From the human T2T-CHM13v2.0 reference genome, Homo sapiens, in assembly GCF_009914755.1 (NCBI RefSeq), contig NC_060945.1: DNA of 64,000 nucleotides. One strand, given 5' to 3'. How positions within the stretch are numbered: the stretch's first letter is position 1; each line of letters starts with the position of its first letter. A program made the translations under genes and the position numbers. A model generated the notes under the pieces. It saw only the letters and a list, made by a program, of their open reading frames with translations. It searched no databases and was not told the origin of the DNA. This document shows positions 1 to 13,283 of the stretch, piece after piece.

Positions 1-1466
1 GCTTTGCCCTTGGCTCAGCTTTGCCCTTGGCTCACCTCACTCTTGAGGTCCCAAAATGGCAAACACACTCGTGTCTCCCACTCATTGCTTTGTCTGTCGC
101 ACCCACTGCCTCACCTAAATTCACTAACTTAGCATATCATGTTTCTATAAAACAAATTAATACATTTCCCTCCTCCCACAAAAGAGGTTTACTTCTAATC
201 AATCTTAAGAAACACTACTAATCTTAACACTATTAGTAATACTAATAAAATCTCTATCACTTATGATGTACTTACCATGGGCCAGGCTTGGGCTAAATGC
301 TTTATATGTATTACCATGGTTAATTCTCACAATAATCCAATGTGGTAGGTATTATTTTTATTATTTTTATTTCACAAATGAGGGTCAATGAGGTTGGGTA
401 AATTATCCAAAGTTATTCCAGTTATAATTATTTATGCCAATCTTCAAATCTAGGTCCTTGTGACTCAAAGCCCACTGGTTTATTAGTCCCTCCTAGCTCA
501 ACCTCTAATTTGTTCTCCTGGAGCACTGCAGAGAAGTCAAAACACAATTCTGAATGACGAGCCCTGGTCATTAACCCTGATTCTCAGAAGTTGTCATCTT
601 CCGGATTCTGCAGTCTCTGTGCCTTTGCAGACTGCCTTCCTGGGAAAGGGAAGGTTTAGTTCTCAGAATTTTTATTCCAATTAAGTAAAGCCATGGTTGT
701 GTCTTTTAGAAACTGAAAAACAAAACAAAATTCTATCTATGGTAGTTGGATGAACCAGCTAAACTGAAGGTACATTTTGTCCTGAAAAGAGAGGGTAGAG
801 TTGGTGTTAGAAGACTTTCATTCATTTACCAGATCCAACATTGAGTATTTTTGTGATCTTGATCTTTCTGACTTCAGTTTCCTCATCTGTGGAAGGGGAG
901 AATATCACCCTTCTTCCAGAATCCTTGGGAGGATTCAAGAAGCTCCTGCTTGAGAAGGCTCTGGGCACAGTGCCTGGCATGTCATCTGCCGATGTTCTTG
1001 TGGGCTGTGTTTGAGTCTTAATTTATTTGAATATCCCTGAGATATCTATGTAGGAGCAAGTAAAATCTGAAATCAGATCCTGATCTCTTTACATGTTCTT
1101 CCTTAGGCTTCATTAGTTAATAAAATGTTACATTTATCAGCATTCTTTTCACCCCTACATCTGTATTACATGCATATCACAAAGTATGTGGAAAAAAAAA
1201 TGTTTCCCTTCCTTATCCTTTGGGTCTTCTCCTTCAATTAACCTCTGTTTCAAAATACTGGAAGCTAAATATGAATAAAAAATAGAAAGTTTGCCAAACT
1301 AGAACTCAGGTCAGTGTTCAGGAACCAAAATCTTGCTTTATTGATACCTACAGAAAATTCCTGGGATATTCACAGCTATTCTCAGTGCTTGCTACATCAC
1401 AGAAATGCCTGTGATCCTCTGACCTTTTGATCAATTGCTCGCCTATTATCTAACATCTTCTGCTAA

Positions 1467-1819
<353 letters not shown>

Positions 1820-1867
1820 TTATTAATATGTATTAATACATTGCATTACCCTTTCATTGGAGTGTTT

Positions 1868-2069
1868 AAAAGTGGGGGCAGGGGAGTTGTTGCTTTAAGG
1901 GGAGTTACGCTTTTTTTTTTGTCCTTTTTTTTTTTTTTTTTCCTTTTTCTGGAGAACGAGGTCTCGCTATATTGCCCAGGCAGGTCTCGAACTCCTGGGC
2001 TCAAGCTGTCCTCCCGCCTCTTGCCTCCCTGAGAGCTGGGATTACAGGCGTGAGCCACCGTGCCCGGCC
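1868..2069 (-). pseudogene. Full-length BC200 RNA (BCYRN1) copy including the unique 3' domain
   Basis: Reverse complement reads GGCCGGGCACGGTGGCTCACGCCTGTAATCCCAGCTCTCAGGGAGGC...GAGACCTGCCTGGGCAATATAGCGAGACC, A-rich linker, then AAGCGTAACTCCCCTTAAAGCAACAACTCCCCTGCCCCCACTTTT, matching the three BC200 domains. Confidence 0.9.
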
Positions 2070-2339
2070 AGGCTTTTGGATCTAGTCAAGTTTTATGAAT
2101 TGTCCATTTGAATAAGCATGGCATTTTTCAATAAATCATTGCAGCCTGGATGAGTTTACCCCATGCACCCTCCAGTCAATTGCCCAGGAAAGAGAAATGC
2201 CTGAGTGGAGATATAATGTTTTTCTTCATTTCAAATATATTCCATTTATTTTTTCTAAAAACAGCACTCAAGTTTTCCTGGAAGTTCTGCCGAGCTCAGC
2301 CCATCCATGTGGATCAATTAAACAAGTTGATTCTTCCTC

Positions 2340-2480
2340 TGTCCTCAGAGGTGGGCATTTGACCCAGAACTAGCCAATTAGCATGCAGCATTCCACTGGT
2401 TCAGTGATGGGCATGTGACCCAATCAGAACCAATCAGAACTAATCCCAAGACCTCCCCCTGAGCTTGTTCCTCATCTGAG
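2340..2480. mobile_element. Old ERVL-type LTR fragment (LTR16/LTR33-like)
   Basis: Motif gatgggcatgtgacccaatcagaaccaatcaga typical of these families; boundaries uncertain. Confidence 0.4.
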
Positions 2481-2532
2481 AGACAGAGATGGAGAGAGAG
2501 AGGGGGAGAGAGAGAGGGAGAGAGAGAGAGAA

Positions 2533-2608
<76 letters not shown>
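2478..2608. repeat. Compound microsatellite (GA)n followed by (TG)n
   Basis: Directly visible. Confidence 0.97.
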
Positions 2609-2610
<2 letters not shown>

Positions 2611-3857
2611 GGGATGTTGGCAGAGGGGGACACGTTTTATGTGGGCCCATGTTAGAAAGATTGGGAGGGAAGAAAATAATGAGCATGATCTTTTCCTTAA
2701 AATCATGAAGAATGGGTGTTTTAAAGAGACAAATATGCCGATCAAGGCCTGTGTTCTTTCTCCTCGCCAAACTGGCTTCAGACCTGTGTGGAATTTAGGC
2801 AATGGTGCCCTTCCAATGGCAACAATAGGAAATTTGGTGTTAGCAGGTGCACTTCCCTTCATTGATAAAAATCCTTTGGAATTAGGTAATTCAAAATTAC
2901 CTTGAGATGTAACTTTGAATTTAGAAAGATAGAATTGAAAGAAAAAGTGATGGATAATTTCTGGTGAAATGAATGGGCTTATGAAATATGTATTTCTCTT
3001 CCCAACTTGCATCAACTTATTTGGTATTTCAGTTTGTGTAATAGTTAAAACTCCTGGCAGAGCAGAGGCAGTAATTGCAAACAGCTGTAAAGTATTACTC
3101 ATCTTGCTGATCAAAATGACTTCCCACTAAATAAACCATGAAAAAAGCTTTTCCACCCACAGAGAAGTGAAGTGTAAATGATATAAAGACTCTACCATGA
3201 AGAGATCAACAGATTGCATTTTCTTATAACTGTGGTTTTCTATAGCTACAGTTACCTTCAAAAATGGCTTATAAACTCAGCTAGTTCAGGAAAAAGAACT
3301 TGAATAATAACATTAAGATGGCAGTGGGGATCCTGGGAAGTGTTTGAAGTTACAAAGCTTTTGGAGAGCCACCTTGGTTCCCTTCTTAGGCTTTCCAATG
3401 GATGAAAACAACTTGCAATGTGGTCTTATTCTTGCTTGTTTTGGATATCACTCCAGGTCTCTTGCCCTTCGTATCTGAGAACCATTAGCTGGACATCCAT
3501 GTCTTGGTCTTTCTATCATGGTTTTGAAGGGTGATGGAGCCATGGTGGTGGCGTCAATATGTTGATGCTACTGCCATGGGCATCTGACTGTGAGCTTCAG
3601 GTCCTGATAAAAGAATAATCTGGTGCTGGAGTCACAGAGCTGACCTCTGATGTCACTCCAGCTACTTGCCCACACTACATTGGCAGCTCCTTGTGATTCT
3701 TCTAAACTAGGAAATTCACTGGGCAGTATTCACCAAAAACCAATAAAAATTTCTCTTCACACTCAGACATAAATCTCTCTCCTCTACCTATCTCTTTTCC
3801 CTAAATCAAGACTCATCTATAAGTTGATACTAAGCCTATCATTTCAGTCTTACTGCT

Positions 3858-4550
3858 TTTTTCATTTTTAGTTGAAATGTAATTGTACATATTTATGGGA
3901 TACAGAGTGACATTTCAATATATGTATACAATATATGTATTTCTATATATGTAATGATCAAATCAGGGTAACTAACATATCCATCACATCAAACACTTAT
4001 CATTTCTTTGAGTTGTAAACATTCAAAATACTCTTTCTTAGCTTTTTTAAAATATCCAATAAATTACTGCTAACCATATTTACCCTACAGTGCTGTAGAC
4101 ACTAGAACTCATTCCTCCTATCTAGCTGTAAGTTCGTATTTGTTAACCAACCTCTCCCTGTCGTCTCCTCCCTGTTGCTTGCCCCAGCCTGTAATAACCA
4201 CAGTTCTACTCTCCACTTCCATGAGCTCAGTTTGTTTTTTTTTAGCTCCCACATATGAGTGAGAACGTGCAAGATTTACAATTCTGTACCTAGCTTATTT
4301 CACTTAACATAGTCTTCCAGGCTTACCCATGTTTCAGCCAAGAACAGGATTTCATTATTTTTATGGCTAAATAGTACTCCATTGTAAATATATACTACAT
4401 TTTAAATCTATTTATCTGTTTTTGGACATTTAGGTTGATTCTAATCTTGGCTACCGTGAATAGTGCTGCTATAAACATGAGGGTGCTGGTATCTCCTAAA
4501 TATGCTGATTTCCTTTCCTGTAGATAAATGCCCCATAGTGGGAGTGCTGG
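3858..4550 (-). mobile_element. L1MA-type LINE-1 3' fragment
   Basis: Antisense L1MA 3'UTR (aattgtacatatttatgg...aatgatcaaatcagggta) followed by ORF2 C-terminal remnant (LMFIAALFTVAK). Confidence 0.8.
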
Positions 4551-7106
4551 AAAAAAAAATTCTTTTTCTTTAAACCTGATCATGTCTGTCCTCATAAATG
4601 CATGTTACACCCATCTCTCACCATCAATGCAACCCCACCCCGAGCAGTTGTTCACTCTTCTCTTCCCTTGTTCTCTGCACACCATGTGCCTCCATACCCC
4701 AGCCTCAGGCCTTTCTATACCATTTCCTATTTGGGGCACATAGTTTTTATTCAACTTTCATGCTGTCTTTTGAGAATCTACAATGTGGTTTGGATATGGC
4801 ACTTTTTATCAGGATGCCACATCAGAGTTGATAAATTCAAAGTAATATCGTTCTTTTTCCTGCCAAAGTCAGCTCCTCCTTTCCACTGCACTTTCCTGCC
4901 AGTGCCACCACACTTTCTCCTGTTGTGTAGGGAGAACACAGGTCACCTCCCTAACATGAAAAGGTGCTCAATAAAGATGTGTTGAATATATGAATGAGTG
5001 TTCTTAGAGGACACCCTTGTACCTGGACTGGTCCTTACGTGGGTGTAAGTTTTATTCTCTAAAAGGGGTGAGTGAGAGTTTATGCTAAGATTGTAAGCAA
5101 CCCTCAGGGCAGACTCTGGATGTATATTACAGAACTGCTGAACTTGTGGAATGTGCATATTTATACTGAAAATATTTAATGCCATATGTGTAAGACTTTT
5201 GCCAACTGGAATCTGAACATCAACAGCTTTGAAGGGCTTATTCTACCTTCTCAGCACAAAAATACTTTTTATGAATGCACATATTTATGTGCAAAAGTAT
5301 AAAAAATTGACTTTAAAATATACAACAAATTCATTTTAGCAATTGGCCCTGGGGACCTAGAAGGAGAATGAGATTGGGGTGGTAGGGGTGGAATATTAGT
5401 TAATAATGCTTTATGTTATTGAAAATAATTACTGAAAACCAATACAATAAAATATTAACATGTTAATTGAGTATAGTGCTTATATTCTTCTTTACATGTT
5501 TTAATATCTTTACAATTCCTTTTTTTGCTTTTGTTAAGGAAGTCACAGTTATTTGGCAGTATGTCTATAATGGTACATGAAATAATGTCTGATTTCTAAA
5601 CATTGACATCCTACATTAGATGAAATACATTAAGCATTAAGCTTTGATATTACACTACAAAATTAATTGAAGAAAGCCACCCCTGTTTCTTTCTTTTCTT
5701 TTTATGGTTATTATGTGCCCCATATGATGTGCAGGAGTTTTTTTTCTAGGCTTTGATTGTTTTAAATAAAATCAGAATTTGTTAAAGTTCAGTTAACACT
5801 CAGCTGTGAACCCTAAGGTACTGGGGTCTTTTTCAATGGGAGATCTTTAAGCATTATTCCAAACTATTCTATGCTAATTGATCTATTGATAATTTATAAT
5901 TTATTATTAAATACATTCAATTTCTTAAAAAGAAAAAGCAAAGAAACAAAGGGAAACATTTATTACAATTTAAATAAAGGAATTAGCAGTTGAAAACAAG
6001 AAAACCTATTCTGAGCATCCGTACTTCTTGGCAACCAAAACAATCAATGAAATCAATGCATTGAGTTAAACAGTTCCCAATTTTCCACTATGTTACCTGG
6101 AGAAAAAAACCCCAGTATCATAGGGTTAAACTTTGGGAAGGATTTTTCATAAGAATCTTAATATAAAGGTTCTTGAATGACATAATGTACAAGGTCTTTG
6201 ATAGCAATGCGCCCCACAGTGCAAAGATGTTTTACTAGTCCTGTTGGTGTCTCAAATTGGTTCTCGGTAAGTAATCTGGACATACTGTGAAATTATAATT
6301 CTGTGTAGACAATTCAACTTAAGGAGTTAGAGTGATGCAATCCAAATAGATGGCTTTCTTCTGATCTGGCTTAACAGAAATCTTGAAAAATCTGGGAGTA
6401 AATGTTGAATATATCCTCAGTTCTCAACCACTCTTCTTCCCTGAGAGACAACATCACAGGCAGGACATCCTCCCAAGGGTACACACAATATTATGTACAG
6501 TTCCCACACGAGAAACACATCATAATCTTAGTGACAATGATGTTCTCATAAGGTCAGTTATACTCAGTGTGCATAGTTGTCCAAGTGTGAGTATGAAACC
6601 AAGTTATTCGCAAGTACCACTACTCTGATTATTAGTAATAACAATCCACTTGTGACATAGCTTTTCTTTGCTGAAACAAAATATTGTTTTGACATCATGG
6701 TCAAAACATTGGTCTTAGGCAAATGCTCTCTATTATCTATTGTTGCCAAGCCTTTGAGAAGTGTTTTATGTGGGGCAAAAGGTCCCTTCCTGTCTCTTTG
6801 GTCAAAGCAAAGGAGGAGTACAGATGACTGAGAGAGTGATCACGCTGCTGTGCCCACCTATGAGGTAGACCTTGTTCCTGGATTGGGAGATGTTTTGTGC
6901 TGAGGGTGCAGTAGAAAGAGCACACAGCTAGCAGTAAAGAGAGGTGACCTTGACTGCAGCTCTGCCTCTGACTTCCTGAGTAACCTCAGACTAGTCATGC
7001 AGTGCCTGCTCCCACATTTCTTTTTGTAAGCTGCAAGGGCTGAATCAGACAACAGCCTCTAAGTTTCTTCTGAGCTCTCATACTCAGGGATGCCAATGAT
7101 GTTGGC

Positions 7107-7275
7107 AGGATGAGCTACATAGTTTGTAGGACCCAGTGAAAAATGAAAGTACAAGGCTTCTTGTTCAAAAATTAAGCATTTCAAGATGCAACAGCAGATC
7201 ATTGTAAACCATGTGCACAATGCTTCTGAGACCAGGGCTCTCTGCAACTGCCCAGTTATAGCCTTTGAAGATAGG
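7107..7275 (-). mobile_element. MER45A-like hAT-Tip100 DNA transposon
   Basis: gctacatagtttgtaggacccagtgaaaaatgaaa...ttgttcaaaaattaagcatttcaagatg matches the reverse complement of MER45A as recalled. Confidence 0.6.
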
Positions 7276-8410
7276 ATGGTGTCAGCTTCCCATTACGAAG
7301 CTGATTTGTCACTCAGGGCTCAGACGTTGGATCTTCCAGGCTGAAAGTGGGAGGAGAACACATGTTGTTCTAGTCACAGCCAGAGATAACACAAAGACAG
7401 CCTAACAAGGGCCCAGGCACAACACACATTGTTATAAAGAAGAGAAGAGGGTCACCTAGTGACTCAACACAAAAATGATCCTCTGTCCACATCTCCTCTC
7501 CAGGTTTCAGTCATGGTAAGGACTGTCCCAGGTTTCAGAGCCTTCAAAGAAGATCTTAACTCTGAAACCTGTGCAAAGTCTGGGGATAGCAGGTTGTGTA
7601 CCACCTCACTTTCCTGTCTCTTTCTCTCTGAATAAACATCTTTTATCAGGAAGCCCAGCAGAACACAGTCAAGAAGCAGATAGGTGACTGCTATTCCCCT
7701 CTTGCTGAAAACGCAGCCACTTGGAGTCAGCTTGATGGCAGTGGTGGCTCAGGCCTTGAACACGTGAGAATAGACTATGTTGTCAAGATGCTGATGAACC
7801 GCACTTCTGCCTGACTTGGTGCGTTGTCTCAGGTCTCAGCACTCACAATGGATGCTCATAATCCTACACACAATCCCCAAATGTCAATGAGGATCATTGG
7901 CCAACCATACCTCAGTGCATGGGGGGTAGTAGGGTTATCCATTAAGGCCCCACCTTCCACCTCACAAATACTTCTGATCAGAGGGATGAGCTTGGGTAAT
8001 TTTGGGATGCATGACAGGATGATGTCAGCAGACTGGCCAAATCCACATTCAGTATTTCCCATCATGAGGTCTTTGGTGTCAGGTGACATTAAAGAATGAG
8101 AGTGGTGAAGAAACACCTCTGGTGAACCACTTTCCAATAGGCTGAGAATGCAGCTTTCAAATCACTTCCATTACTTGGCATAAAGAAACTGGAAAGCTAA
8201 GTGAAAGAGAGAACACAGGGCTGAAGGTCAGAGGACCTGAGATCCTGCTCTCAATTCCCACTTACAGACTGAATGACAAAAGGTAAGTCATTTGTCCTCC
8301 TGTATTGCTGCTTTCCTATTGAAAAACAGCAATAAACTACTTCCTTCATGGAGACACTATGACCAGAAAATGAGGCAACCTATAAAGCACACATTTAAAT
8401 ATAAAATCAC

Positions 8411-9037
<627 letters not shown>

Positions 9038-12000
9038 AACCTGAGTTTCTTAAAACCTCATAGGCCTCATGGATTCAATAAAATAAGTCATGATTATGAT
9101 AATAATTTTTAGAGGTTCCTGTAAGGTAGAAACTGCTGTTATTTCAACTTCCCAAAATGCCTTGTGGGGCCCTAAGGCTATCTGTATAATCTAGAAATAG
9201 ATATATATTCAAATTAGCTATGTCACATCAAAATTTGGAGAAGAAGTAAAAAAAAGAAATTTAAGAGATTTACTCCACCAATCTCTTGGTAATTTTTGTG
9301 TTCATTATCAGTAAGCTGTGTGCATCCTTTTAGAGTGCTACTGTTTGAGAAAAGCAGCATTGAAGTTGCTGCTGATCTTGGTCATGCATTTTCAGAGTGT
9401 GCTTATCAGCAGACTTGGATGCTGTTGGGGTTCTGTTTTTGATTTGCAATTTTTCCAAGACAGGCTTTCTGTTGCCCAAGCTGGAGTGGGTAGCTGCTGT
9501 TTCTCAATAGACAAGTCCTAGAAGTAGAGATAATTCAATTTTCATTCACTCTTAGCTCTTCTGCCACTGGTGTTCCTCTTTGACCCCGACAGGGCTGCAC
9601 CTGTCTTCCAGGCCTGATGTAGCACTTGTATGGTTTGCCACTTGCCAGAAGATCCACAAGCCATTCTAAAAGCCTTTTGCCCAGTAGAGACCACTCCAGT
9701 GAGCACAAATTGTCTAATGGCTTTTTTTAGACGGTCTTCCTCCTTAGCTCATTTTTCTCCCAGAACAAAGATATCAAGGTGTTGATTTAGCAGCGGTTCC
9801 TGAAGGACAATCCAGCTTGGTTGAAATCTTTTCATTATAATAGAAAATATAATAGCAACAGTAGCATCCCCTGTTACACTGAAATTAAATGACTACTCTT
9901 TCACTGTTGGGGTGGCAAGTATAATTTCTATCACTTCTTTGGAAAGCAATACAACTTACTAAAGATCACCAAAATGTTTATACTTTTTGGAACCAAAAAC
10001 CTCACTGAAAAAAATTATTCCAAGAGTATATTTCAACAGAAAAAAAAAACAAGTAATATACATGCGTATGTTTCTCCCTGTGAAAACAACAACACAGAAT
10101 TTATTAAACAAGTTTTGAAACACTTGGCTATGTGGTAACATGGAACAATGTTCTCCTATAACGTTAAAGGATAAAAGCTTAGAGAATAGAATATATTCTA
10201 TGACTGCAACTATGAAAGAAAACATAGATCTACATAGGGACAAAGGTGATAAACATGCAAAAACAGGTGTTTGATTCATGGATTATGTGTATTTTTCCTG
10301 CATTCAAATTTATCTTTATTATTGCTTTTTTATGTTCCCCCTTCCTCCCCCCAAAAAATCCTAAAGATCTTGAATATGCCCCTATCGGTATTTAACATTT
10401 CATCTGAAACTGGGTCTAGATGACTCAATCTGCTCCAGTTTTTTGAACAAGATGAATAGCAAGGTTATTCTTTCCATTGTTTTTTTTTTTTTCTTTTCTT
10501 AACAGCCAGACACAGGTCTTTAATTATACAGCTGGCTTCTTTGTTTGGGATACGTTACTTTCAATCATTTTCCTGATCCTCTGCATGATTTACAGAAGCT
10601 GAGTGGGAGGCTTTAGCATTTCCATGGTCCTCCTTCTCCACTATCATGAGATTCTTATGTGAATTTTTTTTAGAGCCATTATTCTCCATTTGCAAAGGCA
10701 GAATGCAGTGGCAGGAGCTGGGACTCTGGGAAACCAACGGCCAAGAATTCAAACTACAGCATACTATGAAACACTCAGATAAGATGTCCCCATCATATTC
10801 TATCACTGGGCAAAGTAAAATGTAAACCACGTACTCAAAACAGAAAATATTGTGGGTGACAGTGACATGGGTATTCAGAAAGAAGAAGAAATGCAATTAA
10901 GAAACCAGGCAAAGAAGTAAACATGCCATGTAGCTTACGAAAGACCAGCCACATTGTGTGTATTTTAATATTGTTTAATGGTAACACCTAATAGAGCATC
11001 ATGATTGTGTGAACTAAATTTTCAGTCATAATGAATGCTACAAACTTCACTTCCCAAGTTTAAATACGCTACAACGTCTTGGGAAAAATGCAAGAAGAAT
11101 TATTTGATAAATGTTTCTCTTCCAGCCTATCTTGATCAACAGCCAGCAGCAACACATTGCAGATACAATCTCAAGACCTTGTGGCATGCATTTGTCACTA
11201 CATGCGTAACTTACTATGGACAGAGGATCACAGAAATTTTGAATATAATTTCCCACATGACAGGAGGTTAAATAGACCACACTGGAAGAAGGCAAGAAGC
11301 AGCTAGTTCTCTGGAGTACCAAAAAGTAAACTTCAGCCAGTTCTGGAAGCAGATAAATAGCAGGAAATATACTTTCACATGGGCTACTTTCTCAATAGTT
11401 CTTGCTTGCAAGAGCTCTAGGGAAAGTATGAGTTACTGGGTAACAATGTAATAGAAAAGGGGCCAGCCTTGGGAAAAATTGCAGTGGAAGAAAATCAGTG
11501 TCTCCTCATTTACATCTTTCTTTCTCCTCTTCCTTTGTAATGCTGCCTTTCTTGGGGTATTCTTTCCCCTAGAATACCCTGCCTGTCACCCCACAACAAC
11601 CTGCTCTTGAGACTGCATTTCTAATACCTATAATGAGATGTTATGTCAATGCCTCATCTCTCAGTGTGTGTATAGACATATTAAGCTTTCTCTCTATGCT
11701 GTGTTTTCTCATGCAGGAATATCAGACATTAATGAACCAGTAAAGAGGATGCTGGGGTGCAGAAGAGCTTTCCCAGTGTCCCGGGAGCCATTCTACACAG
11801 CATCCTACAGCATGACTATGGATCTGCTGTGCTTAGTTTCTTTACTTGTGAAAACAGAGTAATAGTAGCACCTACCTCACAGGATTGTTCTGAAGATTAG
11901 AGGGGTTTTTTCATGGAAAGCTCTAGAGCAGTGCTTGAGACATGGTAAGTGCTCAACATGTGTTCATTATTAGTATCATTATCAATATTTGATGTAAAAG

Positions 12001-12084
12001 CCTTTCTGAAAGAAATCACACAAGAACATGATCAGTTAAAAAATACATATGAATGAAAGTATGTTTGGTGCTGACACAACACAG

Positions 12085-13283
12085 ACTGGCATAATGGTTA
12101 GGAACATAGAGTTTGGAAGTCAACCATCTGTGCTCAAAGCCTAGTGTCACCACATGGCCATTGTGGGACACTGGGCCTCAGATTTCTGTGGGGAAAAGAA
12201 AGAGAGGTCAGATTGTTACTGTGTCTGTGTAGAAAGAAGTAGACATAGGAGACTCCATTTTGTTCTGTACTAAGAAAAATTCTTCTGCCTTGAGATGCTG
12301 TTAATCTGACACCCTACCCCCAACCCCGTGCTCTCTGAAACATGTGCTGTGTCCACTCAGGGTTAAATGGATTAAGGGCTGTGCAAGATGGGCTTTGTTA
12401 AACAGATGCTTGAAGGCAGCATGCTCGTTAAGAGTCATCACCACTCCCTAATCTCAAGTACCCAGGGACACAAACACTGCGGAAGGCTGCAGGGACCTCT
12501 GCCTAGGAAAGCCAGATATTGTCCAAGGTTTCTCCCCGTGTGATAGTCTGAAATATGGCCTTGTGGGGAGGGAAAGGCCCTGACCGTCCCCCAGCTCGAC
12601 ACCCATAAAGGGTCTGTGCTGAGGAGGATTAGCAAAAGAGGAAGGAATGCCTCTTTGCAGTTGAGACAAGAGGAAGGCATCTGTCTCCTGCCCATCCCTG
12701 GGCAATGGAATGTCTCGGTATAAAACCTGATTGTATGTTCCATCTACTGAGATAGGGGAAAACTGCCTTAGGGCTGGAGGTAGGACATACGGGCAACAAT
12801 ACTGCTCTGTAAGGCATTGAGATGTTTATGTGTATGCATATCTAAAGCACAGCACTTAATTCTTTACCTTGGCTATGATGCAGAGACCTTTGTTCACGTG
12901 TTTATCTGCTGACCTTCTCTCCACTATTATCCTGTGACCCTGCCACAACCCTCTCTCTGAGAAACACCCAAGAATGATCAATAAATACTAAGAGAACTCA
13001 GAGGCTGGCAGGATCCTCCGCATGCTGAACGCTGGTCCCCTGGGCCCCCTTATTTCTTTCTCTATACTTTGTCTCTGTGTCTTTTTCTTTTCCAAGTCTC
13101 TCATTCCACCTAACGAGAAACACCCACAGGTGTGGAGGGGCAACCCACCCCTTCAGATTTCTAGCCTGAAAAATGGAGGAACAATGTCTGTCATATAAAG
13201 TTGCTGTAAATATAAAACCAGCTAAGAAATGTAAAATACTCAACAGTGTCTGACACAAAATAAACACCCAATTAATGGTAGCA
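12085..13283 (+). mobile_element. MIR SINE split by the LTR5 insertion
   Basis: MIR 5' half at 12085-12186 (ggcataatggttagg...gggcctcagatttc) resumes at 13156 (gatttctagcctgaaaaatggagg...cagtgtctgacacaaaataaacacccaattaatggtagc). Confidence 0.6.
12187..13155 (+). mobile_element. Solo HERV-K(HML-2) LTR (LTR5_Hs/LTR5B type), 969 bp
   Basis: TGTGGGGAAAAG...CAACCCACCCCTTCA termini, internal aataaa near 12980, perfect 6-bp TSD GATTTC (12181-12186 and 13156-13161). Confidence 0.95.

Noticed and set aside
2378-2905. ORFs with THTH/CVCV/SLSL runs (also 28395-28830)
   Set aside because: Microsatellite translation artefacts.
12187-13155. SVA element or HERV-K provirus; antisense ORFs at 12438-12817
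   Set aside because: No hexamer, VNTR or Alu-like domain and no gag/pol/env; both LTR termini and a TSD show a solo LTR.
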